A stretch of DNA of 64,000 bases from assembly GCA_951406725.2 (NCBI GenBank), contig OX597823.1, positions 82,336,001-82,400,000 of the forward strand, given 5' to 3'. The translations under genes were made by a program, and so were the position numbers. Under the pieces are notes generated by a model, which saw only the letters and a program-made list of their open reading frames with translations, was not told the DNA's origin and searched no databases. Below are positions 39,206-51,567 of the stretch, one piece after another (the stretch's first letter is position 1; every line of letters begins with the position of its first letter). This stretch comes from Octopus vulgaris (taxonomy: Eukaryota).

Positions 39206-39789
39206 CCTTTCGTTGCCATATTACTGTTGAATTGCATTGTCTTTCTTTTTCAATTAACTTTGCAAATAATGATGAATTAAATAAAATAACTGGCGTTTGC
39301 AACTTAAATCGAGCACAAGTACTGCTGTTCTTATATATATTTCTACATATACACTACATGGATGACTTTGATACTATTAATGTCTGGCTCAAATATTTAT
39401 CGACTATGGAACTCTTGTTTCGTTCAGCAGCTTCAATTCTTTTTTTTTTTTTTCTTTGAGATATTACATGATTTTCATCAGAACTGAAGCCAAAACATTG
39501 AAATAAAACTCATGCTTCAATCGACTCTGACATCATACACAGTCCACTTTGATGTAAACAAGGATCCTTCACCTATTTGCCTGATAAAAAAAAAGTGCGT
39601 TTTCTCTGAACATATTGTCATAGGAATAAGAGACGTTAAATAACATAGTTCTACATAGAATGCCTGAAATCGTTTCATCATTAGTCCCTTCAGTTAGCTC
39701 TCTATCCATGTCTGTGTTTGCATGTCAGTATGTCTGCCTGTCTGTATAACTCTCCCTAATACACACACACACACTCACACACTCTTTCT

Positions 39790-39838
<49 letters not shown>

Positions 39839-40459
39839 GGGAACGAACGGGAGAACAGCTTGAATAGATTCACACGGTTATTGCCAGTATATTAAAAGTG
39901 TCTGCTTCGTTCGTTCGCTCGTCTGTTTCTTCGTCCGTCCGTTCGATTATTTCTTTCCTTCGCTCATCCTTTCATATGTGTGTTTGTGTGTGTGTGTGTG
40001 CGTATGAGCGAGAGAAATAAAGAGAAAAAAAAAGAGAGGTAGAAAGAGAAGGAAAGAAGAGAGCGAGAGCATAGGAGGGCATGTACCTTACAAATACTTC
40101 GGAAAATTGTTATGAGTAACAAGCAGCAATTTTACTTAACTGAATATCTGTGCATTCGTTAGCTGCGCGTGCTAATTAACAAAAGTACCAATGCAGCTCT
40201 CGATGTTTGCAATGGCTGGGCTGAAAGCTTCTTTGTATTCTTCTACTTGTATTATTATACTCGTTTCAGTCATTTGTCTGTGGTCATGCTGGAGCATCAC
40301 CTGCCTGCGTTTAGCAAATATCCATTTGCCATTGTGAAAATAGACTGTTTAAGTCACATCGGTGTCTGATTTACATAAACATTTTCATAAGTAGCGTTAA
40401 GCTACTTTCTCTTTCTCTCTCTCTCCCTCTTTCTCTTCCCCTTCTTTTCTGCCTCTGTC

Positions 40460-40521
<62 letters not shown>

Positions 40522-40810
40522 ACGAATGGATTTTCGACCCCTGATGAACTAGCAACAAACAGGCGAAACTATTCGAGCGTTTATGTGGTTTGCTCCGGAG
40601 ACGACACTATGGAGTAACTACAGAACTTTCTCTGCAAGGTTAAATGTTTGTCTCTCAAACGTAGTCGCACAAGCTCATCTGGAGCAGTTGATTTGTGGAT
40701 GGCACATCTAATAAATCTAACATCTACGTGTCTTCCTGAAATGTGTCTTAGCTTGATCAGAGATGAAAAAAGAGCTCAGCAGTTGCAATAACAATAGCAA
40801 CATCAGCATA

Positions 40811-41378
40811 TTGGGTTGTCCGAAAAGTTTGTGCCGATTTATAGTAGCTTACTTTTCGACTTATTTTAGAACATGGTTGAGGCCATGAAATAGGATTTGT
40901 CTACACCTCCATTTAGAGTACAGTTTAAAGTATATTTTCGTGGAAGAAGATTTATGTTCCTATAACCTGTGTTAATTCTGAAACACTTTGAAATGGAAGA
41001 TAAGAAAGTTCATTTTCGGCACTTGATGACTTTGGGAACCAGACAAAAATTGCTGCAGCTCGGCTGGGATGTGTTACCCCACCCTCCATATTCATCAGAT
41101 ATTGCTCCTTCGGATTTCCACTTATTCAGGTCTCTGCAGAATAGTCTTAATGGTAAAAATTTTAATTCCTTGGATGACGTAAAAAGATACCTTGGTGAAT
41201 TCTTTGCCATGAAACCACCTCAATTCTGGGAAAGGGGGTATTTTCAAGTTAAAGGAAAGATGGAGACACATTGTGCAACAAAATGGTTAATATTTGGTTG
41301 ATTGAAAATGTAATGGCAAGTATTTATTGACCTTTTTCTTTCATTTAAAAATAGGCACGAACTTTCCGGACAACCCAA
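40811..41378 (+). mobile_element. Internally deleted mariner (568 bp) with both TIRs and TA TSD
   Basis: TA-TTGGGTTGTCCGAAAAGTTTGTGCC ... GGCACGAACTTTCCGGACAACCCAA-TA; MEDKKVHFRHLM fused to TRQKLLQLGWDVLPHPPYSSDIAPSDFHLFRSLQNSL. Confidence 0.95.
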
Positions 41379-41380
41379 TA

Positions 41381-41395
41381 CATTCATACATACCT

Positions 41396-41434
<39 letters not shown>

Positions 41435-41554
41435 CATACATACATACATACATACATACATACATACATACATACATACATACATACATACATACATACA
41501 TACATACATACATACATACATACATACATACATACATACATACATACATACATA
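41381..41554. repeat. (CATA)n/(CA)n microsatellite
   Basis: Direct reading. Confidence 0.95.
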
Positions 41555-42006
41555 GAGCATTTTCATCAAAACTTCTAGCAAGTAGAAACATAAACCCGGT
41601 ACAGATGTTTCGGACAGAAAAGCGAACGTATGTACAATAATCAAAATCAGCTGCCCTGCTGGTGTGAATAACTCTTCGAAAATCAACGAGTACAAGAAAG
41701 AACAGTTATTTCGAAACCTCCAGGTCCTATAACCTATTACATTGAAACTCCAGGTCCTATACAAAATTCTCATTTATACCAATAATAATTCGTACACTTG
41801 GTTTTGCTAATAAAGTACTAAGTGGAAATCCGAATGAACTAAATTTTTCAGAAAAAAAAATCAACTCTGCGAACAAGCACATTAGAAATACTATCTATAA
41901 GTAGAAAAATGAAAACATCACAGTCTTTTTTCAAATTTAGAATATAATATGTTTGTTATCAACATTCCAATGGTAGAGCTTTGTATCTTTGTTAGACACC
42001 AACCCC

Positions 42007-42437
42007 GGATCTTTTCGGTTTGAACGGCAGTTTTTAACATAATTTCTAGATAACTAAAAAATTATAAACTTCGTATACTGGTAGAATGTGTTTATAAAAC
42101 ATCTTTTTCTCTTGCCTTTATTGAGAAAATTCTATAGTTTGTAAAATATTTGCTGTTTTTTTCTTCAATTTCTGCAATTTCAATCAATTACTGACGTCCA
42201 TTGAGGTAAACAACATTCTGTGCTGTATGACTATGTCCCTCGTTTAAGAAACAGATTGGGTTTATTTACATTTGTGAAGAAAAAAAGATACCCTTCCCCC
42301 ATCCCTAACCCTAACCCTAACTAACCCTAACCCTAAAATAGATTAAAATGCAATAGATCGATACTAGGGTCATAATTATGGGTGACAATTTCATATGACA
42401 CCGCTAGAAAAAACTGCCGTTCAAACCGGAAAGATCC
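42007..42437. mobile_element. Non-autonomous DNA transposon with GGATC..GATCC termini, 8-bp TSD and internal (CCCTAA)n
   Basis: TIR ggatcttttcggtttgaacggcagttttt / aaaaactgccgttcaaaccggaaagatcc; TSD CCAACCCC at 41999-42006 and 42438-42445; telomeric hexamers at 42303-42335. Confidence 0.9.
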
Positions 42438-43038
42438 CCAACCCCTTCCATACAGAAAAAAACTTCAAATATCTTTAAAAAATAGAAGGGAAAACATATA
42501 CTGTTAGTATATCAACCGAGCTATAGTTAAGTTCATTTGACAAAGCTATATAGCTTCCTCTAAATACGGGAGAGAACGGAGAGGAAGTTGAAACATGTGA
42601 TTCATGGCCAATCCAAGGTTACACGTCTTGTTATTTTGTTTAACACACTCTACGCTGACTTATTTAATTTTTAAATAATATAGATTATGTGAGTTGGTAT
42701 TATTTAATGTGATACATACCATAGAGCAACATAAACCTCGTTGAACTTCGTGACACTTTATTAACACAAAGCTAAGTCAATAATATACACAATGCTGTGC
42801 ATACACGCACACCAGCCCACAATAATACATACCATCCCACAAACAAAGGCACACTATGGAAAAACCATTTACAGATACATGCGACGCATACATGCTTACG
42901 CTCAGACACACCTCTAGCTATACCACGCTTACTTAAGTATTTCATAGCCCATTCTTCATATACGTGTTTGTGTGTTTCTGTGTGTGCAGATATATGTATA
43001 AATATGTATGTGTGTATCTATCTATCTATCTATCTATA

Positions 43039-43120
<82 letters not shown>

Positions 43121-43198
43121 CATCAACATACACACTGATATCTATACTATATATATATATACATACACATAGTATAGATATCAGTGTGTAGAGAGATG

Positions 43199-43241
<43 letters not shown>

Positions 43242-43285
43242 TGAGTGTGTGTGTGTATGTGTGTGTGCGTACGTGTTTCTTTTTT

Positions 43286-43470
43286 TGTTTCAGTCGTTAG
43301 ACTGCGGACATGCTGGGGCACCGCCTTGAAGCGTTTTAGTCGAACAAATCGACTCCAAGACTTAGTTTCAATGACTTCAAAACCTAGTACTTATTCTATC
43401 GTCCTCTAGTCTCAAACCCGCTTAGTTACGGGGATGTAAAAACACCAGCACCGGTTGTGAAACGGTGGCA
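43286..43470 (-). mobile_element. SINE family C tail
   Basis: Reverse complement of the 28200-28390 tail. Confidence 0.75.
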
Positions 43471-43505
43471 TAGATATCTATCTATGTATTTATCTATGTA
43501 TCTAT

Positions 43506-43552
<47 letters not shown>

Positions 43553-43597
43553 AACACACAGATATCTATCTATGTATTTATCTATGTATCTATACCA

Positions 43598-43690
<93 letters not shown>

Positions 43691-43691
43691 A

Positions 43692-43748
<57 letters not shown>

Positions 43749-43750
<2 letters not shown>

Positions 43751-44043
43751 AGGCGCAATGGCCTTGTGGTTAGGGCAGCGGACTCGCGGTCGCAGGATTG
43801 CGGTTTCGATTCCCAGACCGGGCGTTGTGTGTGTTTATTGAGCGAAAACACCTAAAAGCTCCACGAGGCTCCGGCAGGGGGTGGTGATCCCTGCTGTACT
43901 CTTTCACCACTCTTTCTCCCACTCTTTCTTCTGTTGGCCTGCTCGCTTAGCCAGCAGGGTGGCGTCATTCGAGGGCTAAAACAATGCGAACGCATTGTGA
44001 CCAGCGATGTGTAACAACATCTGATGGTCTGGTCGGTCATGTG

Positions 44044-44047
<4 letters not shown>
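43749..44047 (+). mobile_element. Full-length SINE family B
   Basis: GGAGGCGCAATGGCCTTGTGGTTAGGGCAGCGGACTCGCGGTC...GGTTTCGATTCCC; ends in (TA)n. Confidence 0.9.
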
Positions 44048-44083
<36 letters not shown>

Positions 44084-44089
44084 TACAAT

Positions 44090-44232
44090 CGACGGGCTTC
44101 TTTCGGTTTCTCTCAACTTAATCCACTCTCAAGGCATTGGTCGATACTACTCCGTGCAAGGGGTCACAGAGTGAGACTAAACCCGGAACTGCGTGGTTGG
44201 AAGGTAAGCTGCTTACTACACAACCTGCGCCT
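44090..44232 (-). mobile_element. SINE family C 5' part
   Basis: Similar to 54092-54237. Confidence 0.7.
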
Positions 44233-44533
44233 ACAACCATAAACAGCGTGAAACTGACAGAGAGATTTTAAGGAAGTAATTAAAAATATTTTCAATAACT
44301 CGGGGAATGCTCTTCAAGTTCAAAACATTTAAATCTTTATCAGATCGTATCCACTAGCTAAAAGTACCCAGTGTAGGAGTCGTTACCACAGCAGCAATGC
44401 AAAATAATTGGGGACAGATCAAATCCCCGTCTTAATCTTCACATTAATGTAATTTCGTTTCACTTATGCTATTACTTTTCCTTAATACGAACGCTAAAAT
44501 GTCGTAATTGATCGACCTTCCATAGTGTAATAG

Positions 44534-44732
44534 TGGAGGCGCGTGGCTTAGTGGTTAGGGTGTTAGCACCATGAGCGTAAGATTGTGGTTTCGATTCCTG
44601 GACCGGGCGACGCGTTGTGTTCGAACCTGAATGGATGAAGAACAAAGTCGGCCTCGGCAATATTTGAACCCAGAACGTAAAGAGTCGTAAGAAATGCCAG
44701 TGCGATAACGTCTCAGCCAACGTGCAGCCTTC
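44534..44732. mobile_element. Tail-to-tail fusion of a family B-related head (+) and a family A fragment (-)
   Basis: ggaggcgcgtggcttagtggttaggg...ggtttcgattcc then ggatgaagaacaaagtcggcctcggc. Confidence 0.7.
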
Positions 44733-44783
44733 AGAAACTGAGAAAAAAACTGATAAATAATTTTAAAAAAAGATAAAATTTCG

Positions 44784-45144
44784 GGATCTTTTCACTTTGA
44801 CCGGCAGATTTTTAAAATAATTTCTTTGTAGCTGAACACTTTTAAACTTCGTGTACTGGTAGTGTGTTACATAAAACATCTTTTTCTCATGGCTTTCTTG
44901 AGAAAATTCTGTAGTTTGTAAGCTATTTGTTATGGCAGAAATTGTATTCACTTCAATAGACGTCGTTGATTTGTTGAAATTGTCGAAATGCAAGAAATTA
45001 AACAACAAATAGCTTACAAACTACAGAATTTTCACGAGAATGCCAAGAGAAAAAGATGTTTTATGTAACACACTACCAGTATACGAAGAAATTATTTTAC
45101 AGAGAAATTACTTTAAAAATCTGCCGGTCAAAGCGAAAAGATCC
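44784..45144. mobile_element. Foldback MITE of the GGATC family; ~145-bp TIRs, 8-bp TSD (7/8 match)
   Basis: ggatctttttcactttgaccggcagatttttaaa / tttaaaaatctgccggtcaaagcgaaaagatcc; flanks aaatttcg and aattttcg. Confidence 0.9.
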
Positions 45145-45524
45145 AATTTTCGAGGTGAAGTTCAATCCACCACCTGGCTATCAGTAGTCTTTATTGAAGT
45201 CATTTCTTTTGTTGACACTATCAACAGTTTCCAGCCTAAGCACAATACACTGCTTCTTATTCTAATGCACATGCGTAATGCCATTGATTTTCAGAAGTTG
45301 CATGCGGCAGTCAATCTCTAGTAGAGAACTATAGCCATGCATAACAGCAACCCGGCTTCAAAATGTAAGTAACACTAAGAAGACCGCTCTATTTGCTACC
45401 GGGTCATTCTGTTGCCACTGCCTGTCAGATGCCGAGTTTAAGTGGAATAGTAATAGAATCAATTTGACTGACAATTTTGTGTTCTATGTCAGAAAATTTT
45501 ATTTATAGAGTACCTTATATATGT

Positions 45525-45815
45525 GGAGGCACATGGCCTAGGGGTTAAAGCAGCGAACTCACGGTCGAGGAATCGAGGGTTCGAATCTCAGACCGGGCGA
45601 TGTGTGTGTTTATGAGCGAAACACCTAAGCTCTACGCGGCTCCGGCAGAGGGTAATGGTGAACTTCTGCTGACTCTTTCGCCACAACTTTCTCTCTCTCT
45701 CTTTCCTCCTGCCTCTTGCAGCTCACCTGCGACGGACCAGCGTTCCATCCAGGTGGGGAATCTATACGCCAAGGAAACCGGGAATCCGGACCTATGAGCC
45801 AGGCGTGGCTCGAGA
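45525..45815 (+). mobile_element. SINE family B
   Basis: ggaggcacatggcctaggggttaaagcagcg...gggttcgaatctcagaccgggcg. Confidence 0.85.
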
Positions 45816-46155
45816 AGTAACAAAAATAAAACAAACAAACACCTTATATATAAACACGAATACATTCACACATATCCTGTGTAGAATAAGTGAAGGCGAG
45901 TGGCTTAGCGGTCACGATCGTAAGGTCGTGAGTTCAAGCCCTGGCGATGCGTTGTACTTGAACAAGACACTTTATTTCACGTTACTCCAGTTCGCATAGG
46001 AATTCTATCTGTAATTCAAAGGGCCAGATTTGTTACATTCTGTGTCACGCTGAATCTTCCTGAGAACTGCATTAAGGGTACACGTGTCTGTGGAGTGCTC
46101 AGCCACTTACACATTAAATTCCCAAGTAGGCTGTTTCATTGATTGGATCAACTGG

Positions 46156-47583
46156 GGATCTTTTCCTTTTGATAGCCAGATTTCAACACAATTTCTAGTT
46201 AACTAAACACTTTAAAACTTCGTATACTGGTAGAATGTGTCAAAAGAAAACATTATTTTCACTTGGCTTTTTTGATAAATTTGTAATTCGTTTGTTTAAC
46301 GTAGTTTAATTTTTCGAATTTTAACCAATCCTATGCTCTCTTTTGAGCTGAAATCATTTGCTGCATTATCGATATTGATAAACAAACGAGGAGGGTTGTG
46401 TTGGCATGTGCTAGAAACAACAGCCATATCTCTTAAATCGATAAGTTTCGTCGCCCAATAAAAATATTAACGAAATATTTTGAATATTTTCTTTATTTAT
46501 TTTTTTACCAAAAAGGCTTCTCCCATGGTTTTGAAGGGCCAAAAACAACAAAAACAAAACAATAATATGCCTAAATCGGTCTACAGTGGGATATGAGGGT
46601 GCGTGGAGTGTGGGTCGTATTGTAAAAATTTGCGAAATATTTTTTCATAAAAGGATGCCCCAGCTTGTCAGAGGCTGTGATATAAATTGGGAAAAAAATC
46701 CTCGACACCAGTGCGTAATTGGTACTTAATTTATCGACCCTGAAACGATGAAACATTGATCCCCCATTTCTGGTTTATTTACCTTTTGTGTAAATTTGTT
46801 CCGGCAAGGGGCAAAACACAGAGGGGACAAAGCATGAGAGACAAAAGTATTAAGTCGATTCTATCGACACCAGTGCGTGCGTGCGTAACTGGTACTTAAT
46901 TTATCCCTAACCCTAACCCCTAACCCTAAACCTAACCCCTAACCATAACCCTATCTCGTGACAGCCTTCCGGCATCGGTCGCTAGCTTTGGTTAGGTTTA
47001 GGGTTAGGGGTTAGGTTCAGGGTTAGGGGTTAGGTTTAGGGTTAGGGTTAGGGTTAGGAGTTAGGGTTAGGGTTAGGGTTAGGGGTTAGGTTTAGGGTTA
47101 GGGTTAGGGTTAGAGGTTAGGTTTAGGGTTAGGGTTAAGGTTAGAGTTAGGGATAAATTAAGTACCAGTTACGTACTGGGGCCGGTCTAAACAACGGCAG
47201 TAATTCATTATCGATATTGATAAATAAACGTGAATTTACTAATAATCGTAAAGAAAAAATTTACTAATAATCGTAAAGAAAAAAAATCCCACCGTGGGGC
47301 CGGCAGGTTAGCCTGATATCGGACTCACGAACGCTACATTACGAACAAAACGGATGTTGTCTCAGTTTTTAGTCGCAGCAAATGATTTCAGCTCAAAAGA
47401 GAGCATAGGATCGGTTAAAATTCGAAAAATTAAACTACGTTAAACAAACGAATTACAAATTTGTCAAAAAAGCCAAGTGAAAATAATGTTTTCTTTTGAC
47501 ACATTCTACTAGTATACGAAGTTTTAAAGTGTTTAGTTAACTAGAAATTGTGTTGAAATCTGGCTATCAAAAGGAAAAGATCC
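46156..47583. mobile_element. 1428-bp foldback DNA element (GGATC family, Merlin/MULE-like) with ~209-bp TIRs, 8-bp TSD, internal SINE pieces and telomeric repeats
   Basis: Arms 46156-46364 and 47375-47583 nearly identical in reverse complement; TSD TCAACTGG at 46148-46155 and 47584-47591. Confidence 0.93.
46905..47153. repeat. Interstitial telomeric repeats: (CCCTAA)n then (TTAGGG)n, with a ~38-bp spacer
   Basis: ccctaaccctaacccctaa at 46905-46952; ggttagggttaggg at 46990-47153. Confidence 0.95.
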
Positions 47584-48270
47584 TCAACTGGAAAACTCGT
47601 CGTAATCGACGAAGTGCCAGTATAGAATAAACAAGTTCCAATTCTGGACGACCGAGAGGAATATATACACATTTAGGCGTGCACTTTTAAATTGATATCT
47701 TAACGTATATATGCAAGAACATAGATATAAAATACACACAGATCTATAAACACGTAAATGCATGTACATGGAGGTTGACGAGTGGTCGCTTACAAATGCA
47801 TAAATCAACGTTTTCTAGGACGATGCAGTAGGTGAACAGTGTTGCATGTACTTTAATGAGTCATGGACGTCTAAGAATGAATGAAAAGCCCTATTCAACA
47901 TGTGTGAGTCATCAGTAAATCTTCAGAACATTTCACTTAGTTGCTATGATTCGTCTCTTTTGATTGATAAGCCAAAGCTAATTTGAAGTGTGTGCATGAG
48001 TGTGTATACGTGCGTGTGTAAGTGCGTGTCTACCTCTGTGTTGATTGTCGTAACTTCTGTTCTAAGTTGTGTTAGTAAATGCTGATTAATATTTTCTAGC
48101 AAAAGGGAACCAGAAATGTATGAAAGAAATAAAAACATTAAGAACGAAAATAAACCGGAAGAAAAAATCAATAGTTCTACAAGTTGCTATGGAAATGGCA
48201 ACTTGGGAATGGTTTTGTCCCGTTTCGAAGCTGGACACTCGGCTTGATTGTTAACATCAACTAGAATAAT

Positions 48271-48308
<38 letters not shown>

Positions 48309-48352
48309 GTTTCGCTCCAACACCGCTCATGTCTCTTTGAGACATTTAGAAA

Positions 48353-48439
<87 letters not shown>

Positions 48440-48440
<1 letters not shown>

Positions 48441-49052
48441 TCGGGGTGAGTACTTGATAATTATAAGCACCTGTGTATACCGTTTGGTGGTGTAGGTGGT
48501 GGAGTAAATTGTATGGCTGCCAGTCTGGTTATATTGTCTACTATCTAGATGAGGGGGGTTCTGTTGGTCGCTATAGTTTGCTCTTGATCTAGCTGTTCTA
48601 ATATTAATATAGTTATGTTTAGCTATGAGGCAGCTCATGTTGGGCAGGGTAGAGTAGGAAATCCTAATGGTTTTGTTGGAGAAGATACTTCTATACTTGT
48701 GGGTGGGTGGGAAGTTGTTGGAAATGATAGAGAATATTCTCTTACATAACTTACCCCTAACTGCTAAGTTGTAAGGTATGTTGAACCATATATATTTGCG
48801 TAATCTACTATTATCCCTTCTATTTCTCCTAATAGGATCTATATTGCTCTCGTTGGGAGGGTTACTATTGTGTGCTATTCTATTAGTTCGCCTATTTCCT
48901 ATACGTTGTTTGGAGTTTAAATTAGAATTATCGCTAGTGTGAGCTGAGTGCTGAGTTCGATTATAATTGGGAGTTTTATGGCCGACGGACGCTCCCGGGT
49001 GGTCTACATATGATATTCTCTGGTTATACCCGGCACTATAGAGAGCCTGGTT
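48440..49052 (-). pseudogene. Naiad-like PLE RT-to-endonuclease linker (inverted segment)
   Basis: QALYSAGY...RKYIWFNIPYN..V..KLCKRIFSIISNNFPPTHKYRSIFSNKTIRISYSTLPNMSCLIAKHN; open frame. Confidence 0.85.
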
Positions 49053-49449
49053 GCTGCAGGGCGCATGTAGGGCGAAAAACGTAATATATTCATGTGAGGT
49101 GAGTACCCAGTTTAACACACTCACCTACATAGGTTGCTCAACCTCCTGGAAATCCAGATACTACAACCACCGGTCCTCGCTGAAACACAGACATAAGGCT
49201 AACAGCACCTCCCTTTCTAAAAGAATTTGGGAATTAAAAGACAAATGCATAGGCTTCAAACTCAGGTGGTCCATCATCGGATCAGCTGCACCTTATTTAA
49301 ATAATAGAGCAGGATGCCAACTATGTTGTGTAGAACTCCTGAACATCTTGAAATTCAAAGACAAACACAATCTTATTAACAAAAGGTCAGAGTTCAAACC
49401 ATCCTGTATACACAAACTTATTAATACTTTCAAATACTACAAAGCTTAG
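49051..49449 (+). pseudogene. Naiad-like PLE GIY-YIG endonuclease domain (uninterrupted, no own start codon)
   Basis: GACRAKNVIYSCEV...TYIGCSTSWKSRYYNH...TSLSKRIWELKD...CQLCCVE...LINKRSEFKPSCIHK. Confidence 0.9.
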
Positions 49450-49613
49450 GTTTTATACCAACTCCCCCATGCAATTTCCTCCCACCCGGTGCAACCTGTC
49501 GGCTCCAGCACATCCCGCTTTCCTATATGTGCGTGTATATGCGTATGTGTGTGCGTACATATATGTATGTGCACATATGTGTACGTATATGTATATATAT
49601 ATATATATATATA

Positions 49614-49654
<41 letters not shown>

Positions 49655-51457
49655 ATATATGTTTCCCTGCATTTTCCTCCTATATATACAAATTTTGTCT
49701 CCCATATATGACATCTTTTCCCTACATATTTCTTCTCCTACACCCATATCCTTCCTATATAGTCTCTTTATTTCCCTATATCTATACCCTTTCACATTTC
49801 TAACTCGGATGTTGAACGCACACCGCCAAACTCCACTTCCCACCCTTCCAATTTTCAGTTCCCCCCGCCCGCCCCTACGTGGGCACCTTTAACACACACC
49901 TCTAACTTTCAACCACCTTCATCTCATGTTAAACTTTACCAAATTATATTTTTATCTTATTTTATTTTATTTTTATTTTTACTTTTATTTTTACTTTTAT
50001 TCTACTTCCATTTATTCTCATTTTTATTTTCATCCCTTACCTTAACTCTTATAATTTTTATAATTTTTATATTTCATCTCTAACTATTACATTGTATTTC
50101 TTATTTTATACTGTATTTCTTACTTTTATTTCTAATTTTTACCCTTACCCTCATTCTTACCCCTAACTTATCGCTTTACATCTCTATATATGTCTATTTT
50201 TTTTGCTTATCCCTTATTTACTTACCTATGGATCCACTTTATGATTATACGAGCGTCCGTGTACGTATGTATACGTATACATATATGTACATATGTACGA
50301 GTAAACATCTACGTCTGGATGTACATACCCCGTATTTCTTTTTTTACATGTTTTCTTATATTCATATGTTTGCACCTATTTGTATACATCTTTTAATATC
50401 TTATAGCTATACCCATATGCGCGTATGTCTCTGTGTGTGTATGTAAGTGTATATGTGCACGCACATATGGACACACAGCCGTGTGTGCGTGCACGTGTAG
50501 ACGTGAGTGCGTGATTCTTTACATACGTTCTTATATACATCCTTTAATATCTTATATCTAAACCTAGAAGCGTGGGCATATGCGTATGTGTATGTAGGGA
50601 TGGGCGCACGTATGTACATATGGGTGTGTACACGTATAGTGTCCGTGTATACATGCGGATATTCTGTTGTATGTATGTATATGTACGCGCGTGCGTGTGT
50701 GTGTGTGTGTGTGTTTATGTACATGTTTACACGCGAGTGCGTGTGTATGCTTATAGGCTTGGAGGCGTATATGTACGCGTGTATATGGGTGTATGTATCC
50801 ATGATGGTATGTATGTACTAGATGACCAATTAATTCAAAGAACCAGATTAAACGCTCAACAGCTCTGATTTACAACACATTAGGTCCCCAGACGAAACTG
50901 TTGATTTATTGACACCCAAAACTTCTACAACTAAATTTTATCAATCTCCTGACCACCATGTTTGGTCCGTAACCTCTATACATCCCTTATCTTTATATTT
51001 TTTTATATTTTTTTACATTTTTATCATGTTTATTCCTATCTTTATATTTTTACTTTTTACTTTTATTTCTATTTCTATTTTTACTTTACAACCTTATGCC
51101 TTTACATTTATTTATATTTATTTATATTTCTTTATATTCTTTATACCCCCTTTACATCTCCTTATATCTCTTTATATCTTTATGCTCTACATTTTTATAT
51201 TTTTCTATACTTACACTTTTTATACATTTTTTATCCCTCGTCCTGAATTCTCGCCCCTCCATCTTCACGTCTATATATGTATTTATTTATTTACATTACT
51301 TCAACATCCAAATTTCCTCATTCTACATTGAGAGAAGAAAGAGATGGACGCTTCAATTCTATGCTGCTGCCGCATTATGTCGTACGCGAATGAGAGGATT
51401 TGCATCCCCAACCAAGAATTTTTGATGTAACACATGTCCTTGTGGAAGCTGTTGTGC

Positions 51458-51535
51458 GCGGCTGAAGAAGGCCACAGACATACATTATGCATTGTTATAA
51501 ATCTGTCTAATAAAGGCCCGAAACATATGTACCGC
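51458..51535 (+). ncRNA. Type I hammerhead ribozyme, canonical core, at the 3' end of the Naiad-like PLE
   Basis: GCGG-CTGAAGA-aGGCC...GGCCc-GAAA-CATATG-TA-CCGC; GUA triplet. Confidence 0.85.
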
Positions 51536-51567
51536 TGAATCCTTCGCATCATGTTTTTATTTTGATC

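Larger units (their letters stand above)
45892..47620 (+). mobile_element. Family B-related SINE split by the 46156-47583 insertion
   Basis: Joining 45892-46155 to 47592-47620 restores gattggatcaactgg-aaaactcgtcgtaatcgac, matching the uninterrupted copy at 30905-31228. Confidence 0.8.

Noticed and set aside
43749-43825. Genuine tRNA gene (also 3821, 24461, 45525)
   Set aside because: tRNA-like heads run into shared SINE bodies; no proper cloverleaf or terminator seen
46905-47153. True telomere or chromosome-fusion scar
   Set aside because: Short, degenerate, inside a TSD-bounded transposon; the orientation CCCTAA then TTAGGG is opposite to an end-to-end fusion
49051-50870. Selenoprotein-type Naiad (in-frame UGA plus SECIS)
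   Set aside because: No in-frame TGA in 49051-49449; the ATGA..AAA..TGAT near 50822-50869 lacks a pairing stem; the TGA in the 20570-20778 fragment is not at a Cys position
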